Assembly: GCA_964016885.1 (NCBI GenBank)
Contig: OZ024740.1
Span: 80,042,001 to 80,106,000 of the forward strand
Length of the DNA: 64,000 nt
Reading direction: 5' to 3'
DNA from: Eledone cirrhosa
Taxonomy: Eukaryota
The position numbers and the translations under genes were made by a program. Shown piece by piece: positions 25,633-39,239 of this stretch; position 1 is the stretch's first letter; each line of letters begins with the position of its first letter. The notes below the pieces were generated by a model. That model made no database searches. It had not been told where the DNA came from and saw only the letters and a program-made list of their open reading frames with translations.

Positions 25633-26771
25633 GTAAGTTTTCAGTGAATCATATACTTATGTTGTACTGGATGTTACCATACATTGGTGATACCACCCGC
25701 TGTTTATCTCTTTGTTTTATCTAATAACTGTACTGAGACTCTATCTGGTTTTCAAGACATACACTTAGTTGTGTGATTACTTTATCTAACCCAAAATCTA
25801 AATTTAGACAATGACATATCATCTGACTCCCTTTCTCTCTAGTCAACTATCTTTCTCCTTCTGTTCCCTCCATACCACCTTTCTGTTACCAACTTTCTTT
25901 TGTCTGTCACAGTTAACAGATCATATATTTCAGGAAAATAAACATTGTTTTTATGTGGCAGAAATTTCTATGCAATAAAATAAAATACCAGTAATGCACT
26001 GGGATAATTACTGACCTTGTGCCAAAAGTAGAAACAATTATATAATTGTTTCTCTTTACATTTTGAGTTCAAATCCTATGGAGACCAACTTTGCCTTTTG
26101 TCATTTTGGGGTTGATAACATGACTATTTTTTGCAAGCATTCTGTCCAAGGATATCTAAAACCACATTTATCTAAAATGTCCTTCCCTTATCTAAGATGG
26201 TCGTATGATTTGAGGCCTGATTTGGCTGCTATTACGAGCAGATAGAACGATTGTTTAGAAACTCCCTTGGTCGTCAGAAATAGAATGCTGAAGTAAATAT
26301 GTCTTTTGATATTTTATTACGTTCTTTCTTCCACCTTCTGATATTGAACAAATCAATTTTTGTCTTTCATTCTTCTCTGGTGGTTTCATTAAAATAAGTA
26401 TTAACCAAGAACTAGGAATTAAGGAAATCCTCTATACACTTCCCTTATAATTTTAGGGTTTCCTGTCGGTATAAGGAGATTATTGTATCATTTATTGTAA
26501 AGGAAAGACACTCATGTCTCTCTCTTTTCTCTCTTCTCTCTCCCACACACTCCTCAAACTTAATGTTAAGGTTATTGAGAGTTACTTCCCTTGAAACTTG
26601 TAAGTTCTTTTTCAGCCTTTCACTTACACACGCACGCGCGCACATATATTGACATAATTGTTTCTAATATAGACACAAGGCCAGAAATTTGAGGTAGAGG
26701 GAAATGCTGTAATATTATTATTATTCCCTAGTGGTCAATAAAGAAATCATTATTATTATTATACCTTGGAT

Positions 26772-26965
26772 ACGGTGGATTGGCAGTATCGGTAGAGGGT
26801 CGGACGCTATGCTTTGACGTATAGAGTTACGGCCCTTGCCATTCTGAGTTCAAATCCCGCCGAGGTTAACTTTGCTGTTCATCCTTACGGGGTCGATAAA
26901 ATAAAGTACCAGTAATGTACTGGGTAATTGCTGGCCTTGTGCCTAAAGTAGAAACAATTGTTATT
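26772..26965 (+). mobile_element. tRNA-derived SINE family 1, well-preserved copy
   Basis: A box TGGCAGTATCGG, B box GAGTTCAAATCC, core TTTCATCCTTACGGGGTCGATAAAATAAAGTACCAG, 3' end GGCCTTGTGCC.AAAGTAGAAACAATT. More than 12 further full or partial copies in the window. Confidence 0.88.
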
Positions 26966-27039
26966 ATTGTTAATAAATAAATAAATAAAGATAAATAAAG
27001 AAAGAAAGCATTATTATTATTATTATTAATATTAATAAT

Positions 27040-30000
27040 AATAATTGCTTTTATTTTCCTCAAGGTGATGGAATGGAAGAGACATTACAAAAAAAACATT
27101 GTGGTTTCATTAAAATAAGTCAAGTGAGAAAATAAGTAACATATACACAGTATACAAGTTAGGTATACATGGTATACAATTATATGAAATATTCAGTCCT
27201 CTTGGTACAGAGATTTGAATACCTAAGGCTAATTTAGGAACCCCACAGTTCCACAACCACTTTCATTACCAAGGGCAAGTACCCTCTCCCACCTGTTGTT
27301 TGATCTACAATCACAAGCTGAGAATAGTATCATTCACTTTTACCATTATTGCTAGTTTCACCCACTTTTTGGAATATGTGCTGGAGGAGAGAACCTCCCT
27401 CTCCTTTCTCATCTTTCTTTGCAAGTGGAACTTGAAAACGTCAATGAGAGCTTGACTTTCATTCTTGTCTTCCACACAACCTCTTATGCCATAGACACTA
27501 GACAGGAAAACTGCTTGCCCACCCCTGTTAAAGATGGCATGGTGATCTTCAGTTGATAGCTAGATCTGTCAAAGATGCAACATTTTTTCAACATAACTCC
27601 ACAAGTCAGCAATACATGGGCATCAGATGAGTGCATGCATCTTGGACATGTCTGTCTGACAGCCCTTCCATATGTGTAGAGTTTATCTTGAACCAGCAAT
27701 GCCCACTTATAGCACTGTCAGGCCAGAGATCTGGAAATTATCCATAGACCATATGCTGAAAGTCCTCTGGAACACACCAGCCAGTTCGTTCTCATAGATG
27801 TAATCATTCACCACCTCTACCCAATCTTTCAGGGATAGCTTTCTCTAGGACCTTTTTTGAATAAGACCCTGCCACCCTGCTTGTAACGTCACCCTAGTTT
27901 CTATCCACCAAGAAGCCCAGACCGAACCAGACCCAAAATAGTTTAATGAGTACAGTAGCTAGAGTCAGAACTGGATAGAAAAAGTTCAGAGAGCTTATAC
28001 CACTATTAGCCGCTAAAGGGTTCTCCCTAAAAATGAAAGGCAGGCTGTATGATGCCTGCATACGAACAGCAATGTTACATGGCACTGAGACCTGGGCATT
28101 GTGTGCAGAGGATATACGCAGACTGGAGAGGAACGAAGCTTGCATGCTCTGCTGGATATGTAATAGTAATATACGTGAACGGCAAAGCATAAACGAACTA
28201 AGGAAAAAATTAGAAATAAGAGGGATCAGATGTTGTTTACTCGAGAGAAGGCTACGTTGGTATGGTCACATGATGCGCATGAAAGACGACAGCTGTATAA
28301 AAAAGTGCAGGGCAATAAAGATAGACGGTAGCCACGGAGTAGGCAGACCCAGAAAAACCTGGGACGACTTGATAAATTCCGACCTCACACACTTACACCT
28401 CTCCAAGACAATGTCACTGGACCGAGATCTTTGGCGCTACACAGTAATAGAGAAGACCCGCCTTATCTAAGTACAAAGTGAAACCTACTACAGTCAGTAG
28501 GCACCTCTAACAAAATACACCCCCGTCCCACTACCCCCACCCCATCCACACCACCCCTTTCAATGTAAAGTTATGTTGGTACCACAACATCCAGCCTGAA
28601 ACAAATGAGGTCGTGTAGGTGTCACGACAAAAAAAAAACACAGTCCACGCTGTAATGTGGCCGTGTAGGTAACACGGTAAAAACCTCCCAGTCCCACACT
28701 GTAAACATGGTTGGTGTTAGGAAGGGCATCCAGCCGTAGAAAACCCGCCAGACAGTCCTATGCGAGCAAGACAATCACTCTTGCCTCAAGTGGGAAAACT
28801 CCCGTCCAAACCCATGCAAGCATGGAATATGGACGTTAAACGATAATGATAAGTCCATTGTTGTAGTGGCCCATGACACTGAAGGCATGGACTTGTCTCT
28901 GCTGGTTGCCGAGCTGCAAGCCCACCAACTTGCTTGGGCTGATTTTGGCTCCTGCAACCTCATATTTCTTTAGAGTGTTACTGACCACTTCCAATCCTAT
29001 GGTATCTGACACCATCATAGTGATATCATCTGTGTATGATGACACTGCCCTTCTATGTTCCCGTTTGAAAGGGATGCACCTCAACAGTTCTAGCTTCCCT
29101 ATCAGTGACCCGAGAGTCTGCACATACAGAAGAGATGAGAGAAGACATCCCTGATGAACTGAGCACTTGATATGTGATGACTCTGAGAGGTGGCTGTTTA
29201 CTTTTACCACCAAGCAGGTGCTGCTGCATGCACTGTCATGATCCATCTCCTTTAAGGACAGCTGCCAAGTACTGATGGTTAAGCCTATCAAAAGCTTTCG
29301 ATAGATCTAAGTTGATCAAAGATCCACGAAAGCTAGGTTTACTCCCTACCCTCTCTATGAGGTATTGTATAAAGTTGTGATTGTCATAGATATGTCTGTT
29401 TAGGATCACATGTGTTTGTGCTTTCCTGACCAAACGTTCAACAAATAACAACAACTTTGCTAACACCTTGCCCAAAATGTTTAACTCTCTTCAGTAAAGT
29501 TATGGGAGGGACATTTCCATTATCTCTTTTTTGGTTGTGTCTTTCTTGAGTAACACTATCATTCCTTTGAGTAGCACTATCACTCCTCAGCTCACTGAAA
29601 TGGGGATTCTTTCATTCTGCTGTTAATTGTGGTAGACATCTGCTTAGATGTTGCTAAAAAATTCTGGCATATACTAGTAAAACTTGTTGGGGAAAACCAT
29701 CCAAACTGGGTGTTCTGCATCCTGCGCAACTGCTTATTGCTTCCCATATCTCTGCTACAGTTGTCACACTATCACAGCATTTTGTATCTCTTACTGAGAG
29801 TTGTGGCAGTTGACGTAGGCATTAAAGTCTTGACCCATTACTTGTCCCGAACAGTTGGGCAAAATGCTGTTGGAAAGCTGTGAACATTTGCCTAGCTCTT
29901 TGAACATCTCCTGCTTATTAGGGTCAATCAAGACCAAATTGGGACATTATTGCCTTATTGTGCATCCACCACTTGGGCCCTTTGAATGACTTTCATTCTT

Positions 30001-31900
30001 TCATGGTTTAGGGTACGTGCTTTAGCTCTGACAATGCAGCCTTCGTGTTTTGCATTGAAGAAATGATTGAGGGTCATTATCACCACTAGCATGAATTGCT
30101 TCTTCTAATTTGCTAGATTTCCCTCTAGATTATTTTTCTTAATTGCTACTTTTTTGTTGAACTTTATCAATTCTACTCTTATGGCTCTCTTCAGAGCGCC
30201 TCACCATTGGCTATTGATAATTGCCCTCATCAACTGTCTCAACTAGTTTACTAATCTTGATTCCTGATTTCTGTAGTCTTTGCATGCTGGCAAAGATGCA
30301 TCCAGCTTCCAGTTACTGGGTCCCCTTCTGCGTCCTATCTTGGTGGACAGTGCAAATCACCAATTTGTGGTGTGTAGCCAACCAGTTGAAATTGTGGACA
30401 CCCTACATTTCTCTATCTCTTAATTTAATGAAAATTCTAAGTATGATCAGGATGACCCACTGTGGTTACTCCATGTTTACACTGGCACATTTGTGAAATC
30501 TATTCGGTGCCTGTCTGACAGTTAAAGATGTCTGAGTAGGTTTGTGAGGCTGTTCTCTACCTTCTTCAGTGGGCCAACCCCTCACAATCATAACATGCAT
30601 CTAAAATGCAATTCCAATGCCTCACTAGTACCAGAGAGCAAGACATTCCCAGGAAAGCTTCTAGACACTTGAAGAAGTCCAGTTGTCCTACCTTCAGTGG
30701 GGTATAGACAGCCACTAGTCTGAAGGCACTTCCTTCTCTGTTGTTCACATCCAGCACCACCGATTTAGCACCCAGAAAAGCACTGCTGTACTGTCAACCG
30801 ATTGTGATTGGCTGCAAGTTGAATACACCTCACAGTTGTCAAAAATGGGTTTGGAAGCACACATTCCTGAAATTCTTGTCTTACTGACAGCTACCACATC
30901 TGTGTCAAGTAATCTGAGATAATTGAGCAAGCATTACTGCTTCCAAGTTGATCCCAGACTGTGTCCATTTTTACTTACTACTCTAATTGTAGCCATGTTT
31001 GTTGCAAGAAAGGAAAAGAGAGACCTCATTAAACTTGGTCCCAGAGAGATCGGTCAATTTGGTCTTGTTTGTTGTGTCAGAGATTCCAAAAGGTTTTTGT
31101 AATGTTCTCTTTGTTAGGTTTAGGATGAAAGGTTCAATATTTCCAGGAAACTTTGTCTGTAGCATTTGGTCTGTGTCTGTATGTATGAGTAATCTGTCCT
31201 GAGGTGTTTTGTGCAGGAGTTTGTTCAATACATCTCCTTTTGTGTGTATATTATTGTTTGTCACTTCTTCCATCAGCTCAATGTTGTCTGGAAAAACAGT
31301 GAAGTTTATGTATGTAGGTTGTGCTGTGGGTTTGGCTGTTATTTTTGTATTGTTTTTTTTTTGTTTTTGTTCTTTCTTTTGTGATTGCGGTTTTTGCAAT
31401 TTTTGGTTATGCTGTTGTTGTTATGTTTGTTGCTGTGGTGTGTGGTTGGTTAAAGAAGCTTTTGCTGCCCTATGGAACCTTTCATTCTGGGGTAGTTATT
31501 CTGTTTTCCTCTTCTCTCTTGCACAAACATTCTGTGGTGGTTTTCTCTCCTAAACTTTGTCATATGACAATGCCTCATTTTCAGAGAGGTAGTATATGTG
31601 TGTATGTGTATCACTATTTGTGTTTGGCTATGAGAGAGGGCATTGTTGTGAAGCTTGCTTTTGGTAGGGCATCCTTCTGTTGTTTACTTGGGATTTTCTG
31701 TTGCTCTTGTTGGTGGTTTTGCTGTTACTCCAGTATCATTTGTGTTTGTTGCTGCAGCTAAATTGTGTTCTACACAAGTGAACTTGGCCATATTCAAATT
31801 TACAGAATTGATAATAAATTTTGATTTTGAACAAACTGAAATGCCTGTTCCAAGATGATTGCAGGGAAGGTACTTCTCTGGCGAATAGATTATCACAGTT
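27040..31900 (-). mobile_element. Degenerate L1/Tx1-clade LINE (possible ORF1 remnants, APE, RT, C-terminal Cys motif), interrupted by an RTE family B copy
   Basis: AFRLVAVYTP...WNCILD (APE), LINLDLSKAFDRLNHQYL, SVHQGCLLSSLLY, SYTDD, YE.AGAKI..SK and DKLY..G.....CPRC. The 5' boundary is uncertain. Confidence 0.8.
27950..28850 (+). mobile_element. RTE family B, 5'-truncated copy nested in the Tx1-like LINE
   Basis: ORF 28033-28470 is homologous to but diverged from the family A C-terminus, has its own 3' UTR, and ends GGACGTTAAACGATAATGAT. The Tx1 reading frame resumes on both sides. Confidence 0.9.
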
Positions 31901-33173
31901 ATAAAATGTTATCATTGGTTACATAATAAGAAAATGTTTACAATTATTTTCTTGAATGTATAGACTGTAGTATCTATACTGCTTTCTACAGATTGTCTCT
32001 TGGTAGAAGAGGTTTCACTGTATTGGTTTTATTCATTAATGTGTGTCTGTTGTGATTTAGATGATCAAAATCTGATAAAGAAGTAATAGACAAACAAGCA
32101 GAACAACACTAAAGAAATATTTGGATATAATGATTATGTATATAACAGACTATAATAAAATTTGGGAGCACTGGAGCATGAGAACCATTCTAGCTGGTTG
32201 ACATCTGTTTTATATGTTTGCTGAAGTAGAATTAACTAAGATTTTTTGAAATGACATTGGTGGCAACAGTAGACATAACCAGTTGCCCAGTTTAATACCA
32301 TTTTCCCTTGGATACTTTTAGTGGTGTTCACTTTGTTGCAGGCATTCAGGCCAGGTGCCAGGTCTGAGGATACCTTTCCTCTTTTTTCCCCACCAATATT
32401 ATAGGCCCCAAAACAGGTTAAAAGCACTGCCCTTCCCCTCATAGTTAAACAGAAAAATTAACAATATCAACAATACTATGAAGAATAAAATAATATTTGA
32501 ATTTGTAACTAGTTTTTGTTAAGATATTTAAACTAAATTCCACTGCAGTTGTGTTTAATTCTTCTAAATATTGTTCAAATATTTTTATTGTTCACTTGTA
32601 CACTAATAATAATTTTTGACTTTTTATCCCATTATCCAAGATATTTTCATGGGATAAATTTGAGCCCTGCTAGAGGAAATAAAGTAGTTAGGAAATTAAA
32701 GTGTGGCATACTATAGAACTTCTCCTCTCTGTAAGATGGGTGGAAATTTTGAGGTTAATTTTTACTTTTAAGGAGAACATATTTGGTTTATATAATATTA
32801 TTTTATCATTTAGGTATTTTTTTTATTAAATGTAATTAATATATTGACATCACTGCTACCTTGGTATCTTCATTCGATAAAGGTGCCTTTATGGAGTCGT
32901 TTGACCTACTAAGATATGTGTAAATGCTTAACATATATTAATTAAAATATATGTACTTAGCAATAATATTTAGATAATGTGAAATCAAAAGTCTGCTTTG
33001 TAAATTTAACTAATTAAATTACCCCACTTGAACCTCTGAAATAATAATCCAAAACACATAAATATTTGTTTATTTTTATACTAATATACTCTTCCCACAT
33101 ATAATTAAATATTATTGATTATTTAATAATTAGTATAGTAGATAGGACATTTCTGTAACAGCTGAAGCATTAA

Positions 33174-36100
33174 AAGCGCCAATCCAGAGAGAGGAAGCAC
33201 ACACACACCCCTGTAAAAATCGACCCTTCGCTACGAGTGTCGACAAATGCCCAAAACTCCGAGTTGGTACCATCAATGTAAGCACGGTGAAAGGAAGAGC
33301 AGGAGAAATCGTAGAGATGCTAGAGAAAAAGGAAATTGATGTATGCTGTGTGCAAGAGACTAGATGGAGAGGAGAGTCTGCTAGAGTTCTGGTAGGAAAA
33401 AGTCGGTGCTACAAATTTTTCTGGGTGGGAAATGACGATGGGATGGGTGGTGTAGGTATACTACTAGCTGACAAGTGGGTAGATAAAGTAATCTCAGTGT
33501 ACAGGATAAATGCAAGAATCATTAAACTCAGACTAGTCCTGAATAAAACAATTACCACAATAATATCAGCTTACACACCCCAATCGGGGTTGCCAGACGA
33601 ACTTAAGGATAGATTTTACGAGTCCCTAATGCATGCTACTGCTCTAACAAATGACAATGACTTCCTAATCATCGCAGGATATTTTAACGGACACGTAGGT
33701 AAACACTGTGACGGCTTCAATAGAATCCATGGAGACCATGGGGTTGGCACAAGAAATGAAGAAGGATTCAGACTTCTAGAATTCTGCGACGCCAATGACA
33801 TGTCGATATGTAACACAAACTTCAAAAAACCCGACAACCACCTGATCACCTATAGATCAGGGGAGCATTCTAGTCAGATAGATTTTATCCTCATCAGAGG
33901 ACGTGACAGAAGGACGGTCGTAAACACAAAAGCCTTCCCTAGTGAGGAATGTACCTCCCAACATAGCTTAGTTGTCAGCGACCTCACGGTCAGAACTAGA
34001 CGAACCTGGAAACAGAGGCCAACTGGGAGAAGAAAGATCTGGAAGCTGAAAGACCCCTCAGCCAGAACAGATTTAAAGATATTTTACTCAACACCTACGA
34101 CAGTAAAGAAGAACAGATAGAGACATTCAATGTAGAAGAGAACTGGGAGTTCCTAAAAAATAACTTACTAGAGGCGACAGATGAGGTCTGTGGCTGGAGT
34201 AAAACCACAAGCAGGAGGAGAGTGACTTGGTGGTGGAACAATAAGGTAGATGAGGCAGTTAAGGCCAAGAGACAGGCATGGAAAGTATGGGACAACGGGG
34301 GGAGCAGGGTACATTACATAGAGAACAAGAGGGAAGTTAGGCGACAAGTATACTTAGCTAGGAGGGAAGCAGAGGATAGAAAATTCAAGCATGTTTTGCA
34401 ACGTGAGGACCAGAAACAGGAGGTGTTCAAGATTACGAGGCAGTTTGTCAGAGAGAATTGTGATGTCATTGGAGAGAAGTGTATCCGGAATGATAAAGGT
34501 GAGCTTGCCTCACAAGTGCTGAGAAGAAAGATGCATGGAAGAGTCATTATGATAGATTACTAAATGAGGAGAATGCATGGGAAGAAGAGACCCTACCCCA
34601 AGTAGACCCTATAGAGGGGCCAGCAGTACAAGTCAGCAGCAACGTAGTAAGTAAGGCAATCAAAGATATTAAGATGGGGAAGGCAACCGGTTCATCGGGT
34701 ATAGCTGCCGATATGCTGAAGGCATCTAGGTCTGTAGGTCACACTATAACCACACGTATTGTTAACCAGGTAATACTAGAAGGTGTCATACCAAAAGATT
34801 GGTGCAGTAGCATCATTGTCAACTGCTACAAAGGTAAAGGTGATGCACTCAATAGAGGAAACTATGGAGGTATAAAGCTGATGGACCAGGTCATGAAAGT
34901 AACAGAAAGAGTTATAGCAAAGTTGATTAGGGACCGGGTGAAACTAGATGAGATGCAATTTGGGTTTGTACCAGGAAGAGGCACCACTGATGCCCTCTTC
35001 CTTGTGAGGCAGTTACAGGAAAAGTACCTAGCTAAAAGTAAGCCACTCTACCTGGCATTCATCGATCTCGAGAAAGCCTTTGACAGAGTTCCACGTGCTG
35101 TAATCTGGTGGGCTCTTAGAAAACTAGGAGTAGATGAATGGCTTGTGAAAGCTGTACAAGCCATGTATAGGGGAGCAGTCAGCAAAGTTAGAATTAGCAA
35201 TGAGTATAGCGAGGAATTTAGCGTACAGGTTGGGGTCCACCAGAGCTCTGTTCCTAGCCCTCTCCTGTTCATCATAGTCCTGCAGGCAATAATGGAGGAG
35301 TTTAAGACCGGATGCCCATGGGAACTCCTGTATGCAGATGACCTTGCACTTATAGCTGAATCTATGGTAGAACTAGAGAAGAAATTCCAAATTTGGAAGC
35401 AGGGACTAGAAAGAAAGGGTCTCAAAGTCAACATGACAAAGACTAAGGTCCTTGTAAGTAGACGAGAAAACAGAACCCAGATTCCCTCAGGGAAATGGCC
35501 TTGCTCAGTATGTAGGAAAGGTGTAGGTCGGAACTCCATTCTTTACCCCAAATGCAAACAATGGGTACACAAGAGATGTAGCGGGATCTCAGGAAGCTTA
35601 ATTAAGAAGAATGTAGGCTTCACATGCAGCAGATGTACTGGGACAGCAAGCAGCAAACAGCCACAGGAAACAAGTACCACTAATCTCTGGGAGGGCTCTG
35701 TAGAGACAGTAGACAGCTTCTGCTACCTAGGTGACCGAATTAGCAGCGGAGGTGGGTGTTCAGAAAGTACAATAACTAGGGTAAGAACAAGATGGAAGAA
35801 GTTCAGGGAACTACTACCACTGCTAGCTGCAAAAGGCTTCTCCCTCAAAATGAAAGGCAGACTGTATGATGCGTGTATCCGAACAGCAATGTTACATGGT
35901 AGTGAGACCTGGGTGCTGAAGGTGGAAGACTTACGTAGATTAGAGAGAAACGAAGCCTGCATGCTCCGATGGATGTGTAATAGTAATATACGCGAACGAC
36001 AAAGCATAAATGAATTGAGAGAGAGACTGAGCATAAGAGGAATCAAATGCTGTGTGCAGGAGAGGCGGATGCGTTGGTATGGACATGTGATGCGTATGAA

Positions 36101-36592
36101 GGATGACAGCTGCATAAAAAGGTGCAGAGCACTAGAAGTCGATGGAAACCGCGGAGTGGGGAGACCCAAGATGACCTGGGATGATGTGATAAAAGCCGAC
36201 CTTACCCAATTACACCTCTCAAAGGTGATGACACACGACCGTGACCTCTGGCGTCACGCAGTCATACAGAGTACCCGACCTCCCATGGGTACAAGCTGAA
36301 GCATATAGACAATATGCCCCCACTGCAAGGTGGTCGTGGAGGTGCCACGGCAAAAAAGCACCCAGCTGACACTGTAAAGTGGACGTGTAGGCGCCACGAA
36401 AAAAAAGCACCCAGCACTCACTGTAAATGAGGTTGGTGTTAGGAAGGGCATCCAGCTGTAGAAATCAAGCCAAATCAGTTCCTGTATGGGCAAGGCATGG
36501 TCAGCCGACCAGACACTGCCCACAACAGGACAACCCGTCTAACCCATGCTAGCGTGGAAGAACGGACGTAAAACGGTGATGATGATGATGAT
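33174..36592 (+). mobile_element. RTE family A, near full-length copy with two frameshifts
   Basis: ORFs 33287-34120 (APE), 34222-34563 and 34674-36299 (RT+PHD), full 3' UTR and (GAT)n tail. Confidence 0.96.
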
Positions 36593-36950
36593 ATATATAT
36601 TCACTGCATATAACTTCATGGCTCATAATATAACATTATGTCTGCAGTAAATATCTGTTAACCCTGTTGAAATCAATGGATTGCCCTTGCTATTTATGAA
36701 TATTGCTTTGTTAAAACTCTATAAACTCCAATTCATTTTAGGAAAACTACTATTGTTCCAAACAACTTTTAATACAAATGACACCATACTTTTTGAACTA
36801 TAACATTTTTAAAACTATAAATTCCAATTTATTCTAGAAAATACTACTTCCTTTTTTGGACTACAATATTCTTTGAACTACATTTGTAACTGATTTATTT
36901 TGATATTTTTATGTTTTTTGTTTTTTTCTTGAGTGATTTGTATTAGTATT

Positions 36951-37070
36951 TTAATTAAACTCTGATGACACCCATAGTCTATGCCCACTACTGGTAAATT
37001 GTTAAATAAAATAATTTGCTATCTGTGGTATAGGTATATTACTGTGGGAAGAAACAATTGTCAGTAATTA
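36951..37070 (+). ncRNA. Type I hammerhead ribozyme-like motif with extended stem II (Penelope/retrozyme type), possibly decayed
   Basis: CTGATGA (36962-68), long hairpin stem II, GAAA (37051-54), palindromic stem III ACAATTGT, GTC triplet, stem I TAATTaaACT/AGTAATTA. The first stem II positions are mismatched. Confidence 0.55.
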
Positions 37071-37110
37071 GATGCCTTGAACTTTGAATTTTTGGTTTGT
37101 AAGAAAATTG

Positions 37111-37163
<53 letters not shown>

Positions 37164-37755
37164 AATGTCTATAAATGTGTATGTTTGTGTTTTTTATTAT
37201 ATTTTAACTACTGTATATTGCTTGAAGTATTGAAGTTGTATTTTGAATTGGTATTATTTCGGAAACATTTTGTCCTCTTACAGCAGCACTATTTTAAGGT
37301 CTGTTTGATAGCTGACTTTCATTGAGATCAGGTAACATTAGGAGATAACCATATGGTTCTATTCTATAGAATATTATGTAATTACTAAAGTAGAAAGTTG
37401 ATCAAATGTACAGTAGCCTTCTCCGTTGTCTGTCTCACTTTTTCTCTGTCTCTTGCAAAGATGTAAAGTTTTCTCACATGTGAGATCTGTTAACTAACAT
37501 TCAAGTACATTGTACATCTCTTCTCATTTTTCATTTCCTTTTGTTTCTTTATGAAGGAGCAGTGTATTACGGAAGAAATCCAGTAAGTGACCTTTGTTAA
37601 TTGCTTGTTGTCAGGCTTCATATTATTGAAACCCAGCTACTCACCACTGTTTATGTGCATGGTCAGTCTGTAGTGTTAGATCTTGCATTTTTGTCTCACC
37701 CTCTATCTTTCTCTTTCTGTCTTTGTGTATATACTCGTATATATATATATATATA

Positions 37756-39051
37756 CAGGGTGCGGACGATATTTGTTTGCAAGATTACTGTCTATGAAAA
37801 AATAACACAGTAGTTTTATTTTTTAAGATATATTTATCAAATTTGGGTCAGTTTGTCTTCATGACTTGTTCTTTTGATCTTACTCGATAAACCCACCATT
37901 GGCTTTGATGATGGCCTCAAGGCGGCCTCGGAACCGGCTACAGGCCTTTGTCACTGTCCCCCGACTTAGGCCCCTAAAGGCAATTGTGATCCTGGCCTTC
38001 AGATCGTCTTTCGTATTGCAGCTAGATCTGTTGGTGTCTCATTCCACTGCGCCCCACACAAAGAAGTCGAGGGGGTTGCAGTCAGGCGAGCTAGGAGGCC
38101 AGATGTCAGGTGATGTGTGGTCAACGAAGTTCTCTGACAGCCAGGCTTGGGTTTTCGGCTGGTATGGCAGAGCGCTGAGTCTTGCTGCCATACATACGGC
38201 CTACCTGCAGCTACCTGGTCGATCCAGAGCTTTACTACCTCGCTCAGAACGTGGATGTAGCCATCGGTGTTCAGCTTGAGGCCCTCAGGGAAGAAGTGAG
38301 GTGCCATGACGTCACCTTGACTGCTGACTACACCTAAGACCAATGTTGTCGCGGCTAGAAACTTTGTCTGCATGACTCTGGATGAGACAGCGAGCCACCT
38401 GTTGTTCTGGGAGTTGATCTTCTGGTCTTGGCAGAAGTTTGTCTCGTCGGAGAAAAACCACAGCATGCCTGGCTCCAGTGGGTGTTTCAACTTGTTGATC
38501 AGCTTCTTTGCATGCTTCAGTCGCTTTTCTTACATCATCTTTGACAGAAATTGTCCTTTCCTCATCTTGTATGAAATGTAGCGAATGTCTTCATGTACCA
38601 CCAGCCTAATGAGCTTTTCATCCACGCCTTTCTCCTTGCAATGGCATGCATCGACTTGCTGGGTTCATTGTTGATGATATCCTGAACTTCAGCAACAAAC
38701 TCGGGCGTTCTGAAGGCGTCAGATCGTCGATCATGTGTTTTCCTCTCTGATGTTGCTTTGTAGTCGAATCCTGAATCTTCCAATTCCTTTCTGACCCTTT
38801 CCACCATTCTCCTGCTGACGCTGAGCAAGTCTGAAATTTCCTTATTTGTCCTCCCGGCGCGGATTCCAAGAAGAACTCCGTGTCTCTTCCACAAATTTGG
38901 AGGTTCAAAATTATTCATAATCAATTATTCTGAAAATAAATAATGGAAATATAATCACTGTTTTTATGAAGACAGGAGTGACAACGGAAGTAAAAAAAAT
39001 TGGCATAAAATTAGCAGTTGAAAATTGTGAACAAATATTGTCCACACCCTG
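37756..39051 (-). mobile_element. Tc1/mariner superfamily DNA transposon (maT/DD37D-like), full length, frameshifted transposase
   Basis: TIRs CAGGGTG(C/T)GGAC(G/A)ATATTTGTT, TA-flanked within (TA)n. Motifs WFFSDE, WQQDSA.CH and, after a frameshift, WPPSSPDCNPLDFFVWG. N-terminal HTH ORF 38562-38924. Confidence 0.92.
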
Positions 39052-39095
<44 letters not shown>

Positions 39096-39137
39096 TATTT
39101 GTGTATATGTATGTGTGCGTGTATATATATATATGTG

Positions 39138-39180
<43 letters not shown>

Positions 39181-39193
39181 GTATATATGTATG

Positions 39194-39239
<46 letters not shown>

